This document shows, piece after piece, positions 1 through 10,986 of a stretch of DNA of 38,908 nt (position 1 is the stretch's first letter; the number at the start of each line of letters is the position of its first letter). A program made the translations under genes and the position numbers. The stretch spans positions 1 through 38,908 of the forward strand of contig JAXLNO010000056.1 of assembly GCA_038087875.1 (NCBI GenBank), written 5' to 3'. The notes below the pieces were generated by a model, which was given only the letters and a program-made list of their open reading frames with translations, did not search any database and was not told the DNA's origin. The stretch comes from Malacoraja senta. Its lineage: Eukaryota.

Positions 1-289
1 TAATGTCACTGTCAAAAGGCCTGTTTTCCCATGCATGGCACACTTTGTAAGGTAATAATCCGCATGCAAATCATTTTCAGAAGGAAAGTACCAACCATGT
101 ATCGGCTGAAGACAAAAGGTGCTGTAACGTGTGCTATGAACATCTCATCCATGTTCGACCAAAAATCACATTGGGGATCAATTTTACACTGCAATTCAAT
201 CCCGTAAAAAATCATATGCTAGATGATTGAATTTCTCGGTCATTGAATGCAATGATGCACAGATTAAATATCAATGACTTGAATGACAT

Positions 290-530
290 TTCATCCAGCA
301 CCCTGAACAATCTCCACTCCCTCTGATACAGGCGATCCATTCTTGCATTAAGTACCAGAATAAACTTCAGAAACTCAAGAGGTTTCTTCAACAAGCTTGT
401 GAATTCAACACCCAGAAGAAAAAGAGCAGCAGATGCATGGAAGCGCCACCACCCGCAGGTTCCCCTCCAGGTTGAACACCATCCTGACTGGGAAATGCAC
501 CGTCAGACATTTCTGGGTCAAAGTCCTGGG
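290..530 (+). mobile_element. Old degenerate LINE (CR1/L2-clade) 3' ORF2 remnant
   Basis: Translation ...RRKRAADAWKRHH.QVPLQ..HHPDWE... and CTGGGTCAAAGTCCTGG resemble the 3' end of an old elasmobranch LINE; a related remnant lies at 31730-32740. Recognised by eye only. Confidence 0.5.
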
Positions 531-532
531 CG

Positions 533-1760
533 AATGTTGCCAGGACTCAAGGGCATGACCTATAGGGAGAGGTTGAGCAGGTTAGGATTTTATTCCTTGG
601 AGTATAGGTCATAAGGTCATAAGGTTATATGGGATAGGAGTAGAATTAGACCATTTGGCCCATCAAGCCTACGCCATTCAATCATGGCTGATCTATCTCT
701 CCCTCCTAACCCCATTCTCCTGCCTTCTCCCCATATCCCCTGACACCTGTACTAATCAAGAATCTATCTATGCCTTTAAAATATCCACTGACTTGGCCTC
801 CACAGCCTTCTGTGGTAAAGAATTACACAGATTCATCACCCGCTGACTTAATAAATTTCTCCTCATCTCCTTCCTAAAAGAACGTCCTCTTAATTCTATG
901 ACCTCTTGTCCTAGACTCTCCCACCAGTGGAAACATCCTCTCCACATCCACTCTATTCAAGCCTTTCACTATTCTGTATGTTTCAATGAGGTCCCCCCCC
1001 CCTAAACGCCAGCGAGTACCGGCCCAGTGCTAACAACCGCTCATTATAGGTTAACCCACTCATTCCTGGGATCATTCTTGTAAACCTCCTCTGGACTCTC
1101 TCCAGAGCCAGCACATCCTTCCTCAGATATGGCGCCCAAAATTGCTCACAATATTCCAAATGTGGCCTTACATCCCTGTTTTTGTACACAAGCCCTTTTG
1201 AAATAAATGCTAGCATTGAGTTTGCTTCTGTTACTACTGATTCGACTTGCAGATTAACTTTTTGGAATGCTGCAGCAGCATACCCACGTCCCTTTACACC
1301 TCCAATTTCTGGATTCTCACCCCATCTACGCCTTTATTCCAAAATGCATGACTCCACACTTTGCTAGTAAGAGGATGAGGGGGTGAAGAAGACCATGAGT
1401 GGAATAGATATGGTAAATGTATTTTACCCAGAGTAGGAGAATCAAGAACCAGGGGACATAGGTTTAAGGTGAGAGGGGAAGTGTTCAATAGGAACATGGG
1501 GGAAACTTTTTCACACAGAGGGTAGTGGGTATATGGAATGAGCTGCTGGAAGGAGTTGTTGAGGCAGGTACTATAACAGCATGTGAAAAAAATGTGAACA
1601 GTTACATGGATAGGAAAGGTTTAGAGCGATATGTGACAAATGTGGATGGGTGGGACTAGTGTAGATGGGGCACCTTGGTCGGCATGGGCAAGTTGTGCCA
1701 AAGACCTGTTTCTGTGCTGTATGACTCTATGACTTCATGAATCTATGACTCTCTGACTCT
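533..1760 (+). mobile_element. CR1/HER1 LINE 3' fragment (533-607 and ~1366-1760), split by a minus-strand CR1
   Basis: MLPGLKGMTYRERLSRLGFYSLEYR (CR1 RT C-terminus) resumes at ~1366 (AGGATGAGGGGG...TTTTTCACACAGAGGGTAGTG) and ends in a (TATGACTC)n tail near 1720-1760. Confidence 0.8.
608..1345 (-). mobile_element. CR1/HER1 LINE 3' fragment
   Basis: ORF 983-1216 contains VRPHLEYC.QFWAPYLRKDVLALERVQRRFTRMIPG, typical of CR1 ORF2; tandem (CTTATGAC)n tail at 608-625. Confidence 0.85.
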
Positions 1761-2079
1761 GCTTCAGGATATTGTTGAACACAGAACAGTGGTTCCAGAC
1801 GACAGCTCCACTTCCCCAAAGACTGCAGAGAATGGCCAGTACATTCTGGCCTTGCCCACACCCTGTCAATTAATTATCAAAACGATATTTTACCAGAACT
1901 GGAGGAGTGAGATAACAAAAGGAGAAGGAGGATTGGTGGTTACAGAGGGAATTAAAGTACTTTTGTTCTTTCCACCACTTCCCTTCAACTTAAAGCATGT
2001 TTGTCTGTATACTTCCCCTGGATCTGAAAATAGGTCATCCTCCTGAAACATTAATACTGTTTCTTCCAGTGTTAAAAAA

Positions 2080-2740
2080 TACTTTCATTTATATGAAAAC
2101 TTTCATGAACTCGGGATGATGAAAAATGTCACAAAGCACATACTCAGGCGTTGGCAGCATCCAATCTGTAACATCAATTTTATTATAGGATGTTGAATAA
2201 GAGATAACTTCTTAACTTTTCCATGGAATATTGCCAGTGGATCAGCAACCTCTGCCTTAGACTTATTAATGTCTGTTTACCATTTCACCCCAACCATTCC
2301 CTCTTCTTCCCTCTCCCATAGGGCAGAAAACACAAAAGCTTGTAACCACGCACCACCAAACTTGGGTACAGCTTCTCCCCCACTGTTATCAGACTAATGA
2401 ATGGTCCTCACGTAAGCTAAGAGTGCTGTCCCAATTTCTCAACCTACCTCATTGTGGCCCTTGTACTTTTTTAATCTGCAGCTTCTTGTAGCTTTAAGCT
2501 ATAACGCTGTAACATTTTATTCTGCAGTCTGCTATTTTACTCTTTGCACTACCTGCTGAATGTGGGTACAACTTGATTATACCCATGTGTAACATAATTT
2601 AACTGAATAGCTCACAAACAACGTTTTCACTGTATCTTGCTACATGTGACAATAATAAACCAACATCAATACCAGTATCTTACCCACGAGACGGCAGTGC
2701 ATCTTAAGTACTGAAGTAGCTTTACAACCAAAGTTTCACA
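2080..2740 (-). mobile_element. Ancient DeuSINE/SacSINE-like remnant interrupted by a Rex1 3' fragment
   Basis: ACTTTCATTTATATGAAAACTTTCATGA resembles the reverse complement of an L2-derived SINE tail; GGAATATTGCCAGTGGATC and GAGACGGCAGTGCA...AGTACTG resemble the Deu domain. Very diverged. Confidence 0.4.
2280..2676 (+). mobile_element. Rex1/Babar-type LINE 3' end, degenerate
   Basis: CCTCTCCCATAGGGCAGAAAACACAAAAGC...CAGCTTCTCCCCCACTGTTATCAGACTAATGAAT matches the LPSGRRYRS...SFFP..IRLLN terminus seen intact at 19250-19340; 3' UTR ends GTGACAATAATAAAC. Confidence 0.65.
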
Positions 2741-3071
2741 GTGATGTTTCTGCAGGGGACTTTACGCCATAACTAACTGAAAGGGGTCTTGAATGCAGTG
2801 ACCTTTGTCAGAAGGATTTGGGTGCCAGAAGATGGTAGGTATCATAAAATAGTAAGATTAAACGAGAACTTACCAGTTTGAAGTTTGATCTGTATTTTAT
2901 GAGGAGTTACGATGAGGGATTACGTGAAGAGCCCATCCAGCACGCATGCGCGACATTCTTCAAAGCAGCAGTGTGGAATCACAGGAAACACAACAATTGA
3001 AATAAACATAGTAAAGAAAAGGAGAACTAAGATACCTGTTGATCTCTATATTTGAGGGTGGGAGCGGAGGG

Positions 3072-3184
3072 CACGTAATCCCTCATCGTAACTCCTCATA
3101 AAATACAGATCAAACTTCCAACTGGTAAGTTCTCGTTTAATCTTACTATTTTACTTCGGAGTCACGTGAGTCACTACGTGAAGA
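3072..3184. other. DIRS internal complementary region (ICR)
   Basis: 3072-3153 is the reverse complement of 2845-2926 (one mismatch). 3154-3184 (CTTCGGAGTCACGTGAGTCACTACGTGAAGA) is the reverse complement of 7691-7721 (one mismatch). The two halves join at TTTTA. Confidence 0.95.
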
Positions 3185-3351
3185 CTTCAAAGCTCTGTGA
3201 TTTCAAACCGTGTAACAGTTCATACTTCACTCGGTGCCGAAGTGTTTCAAGGGAGGAAGTATGTTATCGTAATGAACCATAAATCTGTTTGTAAACAATA
3301 ATGGTATTTATTAAACAATAACAAAAGACAAAATGCTCCCCCGGGCTTAAA

Positions 3352-4337
3352 TTATATATTTGCAGATTCTAAAATTCTGTCTGCAAATAACACAGGTTGT
3401 GCTAGCGGCTTATTGTAGAACGTTTGGAACGTTTTCTCCGTGGACCACCCCGCTGTAGCCAGGATGTGGTTCAGTGGTATGTCCATCCTTTTAGCCGCCG
3501 ATGTGGATGCTGCCCTAGTGGAGTGAGATGTATATACGTCAGTGTCCACTCCAGCAGCCCCCAGTACCTGCTTTAGCCACCTTGAGATGGTTTGGCTCGA
3601 CACCCGACCATGTGGTTGTTTGTGGCTGACCCATAAGGCTTTTTCTCTCCCTCGGGAATCGCTTGTTGTGTCGATGTAAGTCAGTAGGTGAGTCATGACA
3701 CACAACCGCCTGTCAGGTGGGTATGCCCGGAAATCCATAACTAGGCCTGAAGTTCCTGGCCTGCTCTGCTTTACCAGCTCCTGAATTGTGAATGATACCC
3801 GGTCAGGTGTTATAACCATGTTGTCCAGTCGCAGTAAGTAGAGGGACTGGACTCTTTGTGCTGAGACTAGTGCCATCAGCATGACTGTTTCAGGGTTAGC
3901 TGTTCCAGAGTGAGGGACCTGGCTGGTGACCATCCCCTTAAGTATGTCAGGACCACACTGACATCCCAGATTCGGGTGTATCTAGGTCTAGGGGGGTTAG
4001 AGTTGAATATACCCCTCATGAGTTTAATCACCAGCGGGTGAGACCCTATAGCCTGTTGTCCTGGTATTGGTTTTAAATAGGCTGACAGAGCACTTCTGGC
4101 CGTATTGATGGCGCTGTAGCTCAATCCTTCATTATGGTGAAGGGCAGCCAGGAACTCCAGTACATTGGTTATGGTTGCAGATGAGTACGTTGTCCCAGTA
4201 GTCGAGCAGTATGTTTCCCACTTCCTGATGCTCGATAGGTATTGTTTCCTGGTGGACATACGGTGGGACGCTGTCATCGTGTTGATGGTCCTGTCAGACA
4301 ACCCCAGGCCCAGCAGTGGTCTTTTCATAACCTGCAA
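3352..4337 (-). pseudogene. DIRS tyrosine recombinase, frameshifted near 3880-3930
   Basis: N-terminal SAM-like part (YSAINTARSALS, IGSHPLV..LMRG) in ORF 3876-4337. Catalytic part in ORF 3352-3933 with SAQRVQ, HSTRAASTS, AGWS and terminal FQTFY (catalytic Tyr). Confidence 0.93.
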
Positions 4338-6260
4338 CCCAGTAGGGTAATTTTGTCATGGCATGGATGACTTATGCCTGATACAGGGTGAGTCAATAGG
4401 TCTGGGCTACTGGGGAAGGTCATAGGAGGTTCAATGACCATGTCGAGGACCACTGGGAACCATGGCTGTGTAGGCCAGTCGGGTACTATCAAAATACCTG
4501 ACGCAGAGTCCAGCTGTATTTTGCGTAGTACCCTACTGATGAGGCAGAAGGCGGGAAAAGCATAAAATAAATAGTTTCCCCAGTTCAGCGCGAATGCATC
4601 TATCGCTGCTGCCTCAGGGTCTGGTTCCCAAGCGACATACATTGGTACCTGGTGATTTAGCCGGGAGGCAAAGAGAACGAAATCTGGTGTGCCATATTGC
4701 TTTATAATTTTTGCAAAAGCTCTAGGATGTAACATCCATTCGATGTTATCATTGAATTTGCGTGACCTGGTGTCTGCCACTGTATTTAGCTTACCTGGTA
4801 GGTAAGTTGCTGATAGCCAAATATGTCTATCGACACACCATTGCCAGATTTGGTTGACCAAATTGTCACATGATATCGATTTTATTCCGCCCATATGGTT
4901 AATATAGGCCACCACCGTGGTATTATCAATTTGTAAACGAACATGCAAATGGTGCATATCGATAGAATACGCTTTTAAACCATAAAACGCACCCAACATT
5001 TCCAAGTAATTTATGCCCAGTGTTTTGTAGTAAAGATGATTCTAGGTTAGTCCATCTACCACCTGTGCTGGATATGGTATTAGTCGCTCCCCAGCCTTGA
5101 GCACTGGCATCTGTTTGTATAATTAACGTTGGGTTATTGATGATGATAGGGCTGGAACTATGCCAAATGTGTTCTATCCACCACTGTAACTCTGATATTG
5201 CTTCAATGGGTAATTTCATGGTTCGGTCAAAGTGACCTGCATGTCGATTCAACGCCTGTACTTTTGCCCTTTGTAGGTTTTGATAGTGCAGGGGTCCAAA
5301 TTGTGTAGCTGGAAATGCTGCTACCATTTTGCCAATTACTCTTGCCACTTGTCGGATGGTTGGTCGATTGCTAACCATTAAATTGTTGCACGTCTGTGCC
5401 AATTGTGCTGCTTTACCTTTTGGCAACGTTGCAGACATGTGGACTGAGTTAATTGTGAATCCCAGATAGTCCATAGTTGTGGATGGCGTCAACTTAGATT
5501 TATCTGGATGTATGACAAACCCCAGGGTTTCAAACAATTGTTTGGTAGCTAATACAGCTGATTTAGCCAACTCCATGGTTTTGCCTACTATTAGTATATC
5601 ATCAAGATATGCCATGACAATATGTCTTTGTTTTCTTAATGTTGCCAAGGCTGGTTTTAATATCTTGGTAAATAGTCTTGGGGCTGATGTTAACCCATTA
5701 GGCAACGCTTTATACTGCCATAGTTGCCTCATCCAGGTAAATTTTAGGTATCTCCGATCACCCTTATGAATGGGTACTGAATAGTAGGCATCTTTTAAAT
5801 CAATGCTTGCCATAAAGTATCCTTTTGAAATCAGTTGTTTGGCAGTTACAAATGTTTCCATTTTGAAATGTACATACTTAACAAAGGTATTTAGGGAGGT
5901 TAAGTCAATGATGATGCGACATCCACCATCTTTTTTGCTTTTTGTAAATATATTTGAGACAAATTCCAAAGGTTCATGTTTGGATTTCTCAATGACACCC
6001 TTTGTACGTAACCTCACCATTTCTGCTTGAGCCTCTAGTTTCTCTTTGACTGAGAGGGTAAAGACCCTTTGGGGTACGTGCTGAACTGGTGGCATGTTTT
6101 CTTGAATGAACTCTATTTTGTATCCCCGAATACTGTTAAGTATATAACTATCATTCGTGAGACACCTCCATGCGTCAATGAACAGGTGTAATCTCCCCCC
6201 TGTTAGTACAGTCCCCCCACTTTTTATATGCTGGTAGGAACCAGACCCACCTACCTCCAT
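4325..6260 (-). pseudogene. DIRS pol: reverse transcriptase, RNase H and methyltransferase-like domain (frameshift ~5005-5030)
   Basis: GGRL; IDLKDAYYSVPI; LPNGLTSAPRLFTK; YLDDILI; RNase H TDASAQGWGA, DNTTVVAYINHMGG, LPGKLNTVAD..SR; then LFASRLNHQ...DAF...W...YAFPAF...ILIVPDWPTQPWF (DIRS MT-like domain). Confidence 0.95.
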
Positions 6261-6274
6261 AGTTATGGGAGTGT

Positions 6275-7550
6275 TCATTGCTTCTGTTTCTTCATCCGCC
6301 GTTGTACTACTGGATGTCCTGTTGGTTGGGGGTGGCGCATTTTCCATGGGGTCCGCTCTGGGCACTGGCCTAAAAAAGGCTTTCGGGGATAGAATGCGGA
6401 CCCCGAGCTTTCACCAGTCCGGAATGTTTGTCTTCGACTGGTGGACGCGGTGGGGTACTGCCGTCTGGGTTGTGTGGGCCTGCTCGTTCCGGGGCCTGCC
6501 CTCATGAGGCCAAATGCTTTGGTCTCTTCCTCCAGGTCTTTTACCTGTTTTGTTAAGTCCTTCCCGAAATACAGGATCTGTGGCTCTGAGGCCGGTGTTT
6601 TGCACAGTCCTGCATACCTAGGATTGAGGGCAGGTCTTATTATCTCCTTGCGGAGGTTGTTGATCTCGTATTGGGTGTTGCACAGCAGAGCCAGAGTGTC
6701 TTGCTGGTTTGTGGTCATATCCACCCCATCCACGGAACGAGCATAGGATGTTATCCCTGTTGTCAGGAGCTTGAGGATGCGTTGTAATTTTATCTCCTGG
6801 CTCCGAATACTCTGTCCAACATACCCCCAGATTTGGCTGTTAACAGCTGGTACATTAAGCGACCTGCAGTTCTCTGGAGGCGAGTAGAGTTCTAGTGCCT
6901 CATTAAGTACCTGATCTTGTAGGGGTTTGAGGGACAGGTGGTTGATGCTGGCCGCCAGTTTTGGCTCCAATGGCCGCCCTGCTCGTGGTGTAGCCACGTA
7001 GCGATTCACCACACCCAGCAGCTCTTCCTGATCCTATACCCCAAGCGTACTCCCGACATCTTCAGCCAATGACCCCTGATCCTGACCAGCCCAGCCCTGG
7101 TCCCCAATGCTGCCCTCATCTGAGGGAGAAGCAATGGCCAGTGCATTATAAGGCACTGCTGTGGGAGTGCCTGATCCCCCCTGTGCGAGATTGCTCCAGC
7201 TCCCGAAGCAAGTCTCGCTGGAGCAGTTGCTCCATGAGCCTTTCCATTCGGCTCAGGCGGCTAGTTCTGCCGCTCTCAGGCGGACCCTCCTCATCGGAGT
7301 CAGACATAACCGGCTGGTTTGTTTTTTGTCTTACTTTTCCTCCAGCCCGCTGCCGCTCATCAGGCTGCGCTAGCGGCACTGGGCTCGGCTCGGTCTCGAT
7401 GAGGGTGTGCCGCAGCATATGCGGTCCAGGTGCCGCCTCTCGCCCCCCACCGATGAGACACTCCCGTTCTGTTGGAGTCGAACGGGGGGCGGTTTTCTTT
7501 GCTTGCCGTGGTTTACTCATTTTCCGAATTTCCCTGGAATTACAGAGCAA
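6275..7550 (-). pseudogene. DIRS ORF1 (gag-like), split into ORFs 7146-7550 and 6275-7012
   Basis: First ORF inside the 5' ITR, overlapping pol; PENC..LNVP.VNSQIW and LYFGKDL motifs resemble DIRS ORF1; interrupted by a frameshift and a stop around 7035-7146. Confidence 0.75.
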
Positions 7551-7891
7551 AGCAAGCTTGCTATTACGACCTCAGAGTAAGAACTTACCTGATGGTCCGC
7601 TTTTTAAACTTGTAGCGGGAGCGCCTGTACTCCCGTTCGTCGCTGTTGCACCGCGTGAACGCTAATGTCGCGCATGCGTGCTGGATGGGCTCTTCACGTA
7701 GTCACTCACGTGACTCCGAAGAAAAATTCTTGTCTTCAATAATTCAGGTTGTCTGAATGTAAAAAGATAGTTGCTTTGTTGAACAATCTTCTTGATAGTG
7801 CTATGCTTGGCAGCATTTCAGGAGAAGTGCTTGAAGAAATAAAGCATCTTTAAAATGTTTTGCAAATCTTGCTCATAGTGAAAATCAAGAA

Positions 7892-8022
7892 TCAGTCCGA
7901 AGAAGGGTCACGACCAGTTTCCCTCTCCCCAGACTCTCAGTCTGAAGAAGGCCTCGACCCGAAACGTCACCCATTCCTTCTCTCCAGAAATGCTGCTTCT
8001 CCCAGCATTTTGTGTCTACCTT
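7892..8022 (+). mobile_element. Penelope-3'-end-derived short element with tandem hammerhead-like cores
   Basis: Partial core CCGAAGAAGGGTCACGACC (7897-7915) followed by CTGAAGAAGGCCTCGACCCGAAACGTCACC (7942-7971) and the tail CCATTCCTTCTCTCCAGA.ATGCTG...CAGCATTTTGTGTCTACC, homologous to 35224-35360. Confidence 0.8.
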
Positions 8023-8044
8023 AAGAATAATGAAAGTGTCTAGT

Positions 8045-8170
8045 CAGTTTAGGTTATTGTCACATTTCGAGGTACAATGAATAGCTTTTTGCTGCTTGCT
8101 GAGCAGTCAGCAGAAAAGCAATACATGTTTACAATTGATCCATTTACAGGGTATAGATACATGATACATA
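8045..8170 (-). mobile_element. LINE (Rex1/L2-type) 3' UTR fragment
   Basis: GGTTATTGTCACATTTCGAGGTACAATGAA is the reverse complement of a ...TGTACCTCG...GTGACAATAA tail like those at 2630-2660 and 20090-20116. Confidence 0.5.
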
Positions 8171-8479
8171 TCTACTCTCCTTGCATTAAATCAACAAATG
8201 TTTTGTTCGGCAGCCACCAGCCAGCTCCATCTAAGCTAAACAGTCCATATCAGACACAGTGGAGGTTGGTGTTGAATCTTCTTGACTTGTGGGATCTCAA
8301 TGTAAGGTTTAATGGTTACTGTTTTATCATTTCAAATACATATGTGTTCTAAATGAAGAAACAAACATCTCAGAGTATTTACCGTGCAGCAGAAGTTGAA
8401 CGCCCTGACACAGAAAATAATTTTGCTGGTGAATGGGATCATTTCAAACCCCAAAGTAGATTTGGTTTGACTGCGATGA

Positions 8480-8545
8480 GAAGTTAGAATATTAAAAGCT
8501 TATAACAGGAACTGAAGTTAGAGTATTAAAAGCTTATAAGAGGAG
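8480..8545 (+). repeat. Local tandem duplication (~34 bp x2)
   Basis: GAAGTTAGAATATTAAAAGCTTATAACAGGA followed by GAAGTTAGAGTATTAAAAGCTTATAAGAGGA. Confidence 0.8.
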
Positions 8546-9176
8546 TTGAACCCTCAGAGTTTTTGCTGTTACCCATTTTACCGGAATTGGAGTAAAGATT
8601 GTACCCTGTAAAGATTGTAAAGATCCCACCATTTCCCAGGATCTAGTTGATTTGGTGACATTTTTTTTAAGGCAGTGAGATCCATTCTAACAGCGTTTCA
8701 ATTGTTAATCACAGTCAGTCCCTCCAGTGACCATACCCCATCCTTAATCCCATGTCACACACAGCCAAACACTGAACTGTTCATGGGGTTGTCACTTCTT
8801 CTGTAGTACCCCAGAGTTAAAAGCAAACCAAGCTCACCAATTAGTCTTGTTACATCCCTAAAGGTAACTTTCTGAGTTAAACATGGTATCAAATTGTGAC
8901 TTGCTTTTGCCTGTTAATTAAATAATTTAAATTGGAAAATCGATAATAAATTGAATTTCGCATAAACTGCAAACATTGCATGCTCCCAAACCGTTTTATA
9001 CCATTCCTGTAGGTACACTTATTCACATTGTATAATCACTGTTGAAATGCCAAGTACACTCATGGTTAGTAGGCTTCAGTTGGGAAAACAATTTGGACAT
9101 TGTCAAAATAACGATAAATAAAAATAAACTCCGTTAAGGGTGAAAAATGAACAGAATCTTGGACCTAGAATTATTT

Positions 9177-9847
9177 ATAGACAATAGACAATAGGTGCAG
9201 GAGTAGCCCATTCGGACCTTCGAGCCAGCACCGCCATTCAATGTGATCATGGCTGATCATCCCCAATCAGTTCCTGCCTTCTCTCCATATCCTCTGACTC
9301 CGCTATCTTTAAGAGCCCTATCTAGCTCTCTCTTGAAAGTATCCAGAGAACCAGCCTCCACCACCCTCTGAGGCAGAGAATTCCACAGACTCTCAACTTT
9401 CTGTGTGAAAAAGTGTTTCCTCGTCTCCGTTCTAAATGACTTACTCCTTATTCTTAAACAGTGGCCCCTGGTTCTGGACTCCACCAACATTGGGAACATG
9501 TTTCCTGCCTCTAGCATGTCCAAACCCTTAATAATCTTCTCACCCCCTCTCATCCTTCTAAACTCCAGAGTATATAAGCCCAGTCGCTCCATTCTCTCAG
9601 CATATGACAGTCCCGCCATCCCGGGAATTAACCTTGTAATCCTACGCTGCACTCCCTCAATAGCAATAATGTCCTTCCTCAAATTAGGGGACCACAATTG
9701 CACACAATACTCCAGGTGTGGTCTCACTAGGACCCCATACAACTGCAGAATTACCTCTTTGCTCCTATACTCAACTCCTCTTGTTATGAAGGCCAACATA
9801 CCATTCGCTTTCTTCACTGCCTGCTGTACCTGCATGCTTACTTTCAT
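9177..9847 (-). mobile_element. CR1/HER1 LINE 3' fragment, subfamily with (CTATTGT)n tail
   Basis: ORF 9257-9847 encodes the CR1 RT C-terminus (QAVKKANGMLAFITRGVEYRSKEV...RTRGH..RI...FFTQ.V..LWNSLP); ATAGACAATAGACAATAGG tail. Confidence 0.93.
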
Positions 9848-9916
9848 TTCATTTCGGCTCGCTGCAGTGTGGACATACTGCAGTGTACCTAGCTAGGGAG
9901 CCAGGTAAACTGAATA

Positions 9917-10985
9917 CTGTAAACGGGTCCTTTTCACAATGGCAGGCAGTGACTAGTGGGGTACCGCAAGGCTCAGTGCTGGGACCCCAGCTATTTACAA
10001 TATATATTAATGATCTGGATGAGGGATCTGAAGGCAATATCTCCAAGTTTGCGGATGACACTAAGCTGGGGGGCAGTGTTAGCTGTGAGGAGGATGCTAG
10101 GAGACTGCAAGGTGACTTGGATAGGCTGGGTGAGTGGGCAAATGTTTGGCAGATGCAGTATAATGTGGATAAATGTGAGGTTATCCATTTTGGTGGCAAA
10201 AACAGGAAAGCAGACTATTATCTAAATGGTGGCCGACTAGGAAAAGGGGAGATGCAGCGAGACCTGGGTGTCATGGTACACCAGTCATTGAAAGTAGGCA
10301 TGCAGGTGCAGCAGGCAGTGAAGAAAGCGAATGGTATGTTAGCTTTCATAGCAAAAGGATTTGAGTATAGGAGCAGGGAGGTTCTACTGCAGTTGTACAG
10401 GGTCTTGGTGAGACCACACCTGGAGTATTGCGTACAGTTTTGGTCTCCAAATCTGAGGAAGGACATTATTGCCATAGAGGGAGTGCAGAGAAGGTTCACC
10501 AGACTGATTCCTGGGATGTCAGGACTGTCTTATGAAGAAAGACTGGATAGACTTGGTTTATACTCTCTAGAATTTAGGAGATTGAGAGGGGATCTTATAG
10601 AAACTTACAAAATTCTTAAGGGGTTGGACAGGCTAGATGCAGGAAGATTGCTCCCGATGTTGGGGAAGTCCAGGACAAGGGGTCACAGCTTAAGGATAAG
10701 GGGGAAATCCTTTAAAACCGAGATGAGAAGAACTTTTTTCACACAGAGAGTGGTGAATCTCTGGAACTCTCTGCCACAGAGGGTAGTCGAGGCCAGTTCA
10801 TTGGCTATATTTAAGAGGGAGTTAGATGTGGCCCTTGTGGCTAAAGGGATCAGAGGGTATGGAGAGAAGGCAGGTACGGGATACTGAGTTGGATGATCAG
10901 CCATGATCATATTGAATGGCGGTGCTGGCTCGAAGGGCCGAATGGCGTACTCCTGCACCTAATTTCTATGTTTCTATGTTTCTAT
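9917..10985 (+). mobile_element. CR1/HER1 LINE, 5'-truncated, with an uninterrupted 3' RT reading frame
   Basis: ORF 9883-10887 contains SGVPQGSVLGP and KFADDTKL; (TTTCTATG)n tail 10963-10985; near-identical to 14856-15930. Confidence 0.95.
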
Positions 10986-10986
10986 T

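Larger units (their letters stand above)
2845..7725 (-). mobile_element. DIRS1-like tyrosine-recombinase retrotransposon, full length and defective
   Basis: 37-bp ITR (2921-2957 is the inverse of 7664-7700); ICR 3072-3184 complementary to both termini; T-tract termini on the minus strand; gag, RT/RNase H/MT-like and YR ORFs in DIRS order, broken by frameshifts. Confidence 0.95.

Noticed and set aside
12..394. Short ORFs at the window start, and the many antisense ORFs over LINEs and MITEs
   Set aside because: No recognisable motifs; they are explained by chance or by the complementary strand of TE coding sequence.
3352..4337. Phage integrase or prophage
   Set aside because: The recombinase lies within DIRS ITR/ICR termini next to RT-RNase H; it is the DIRS YR.
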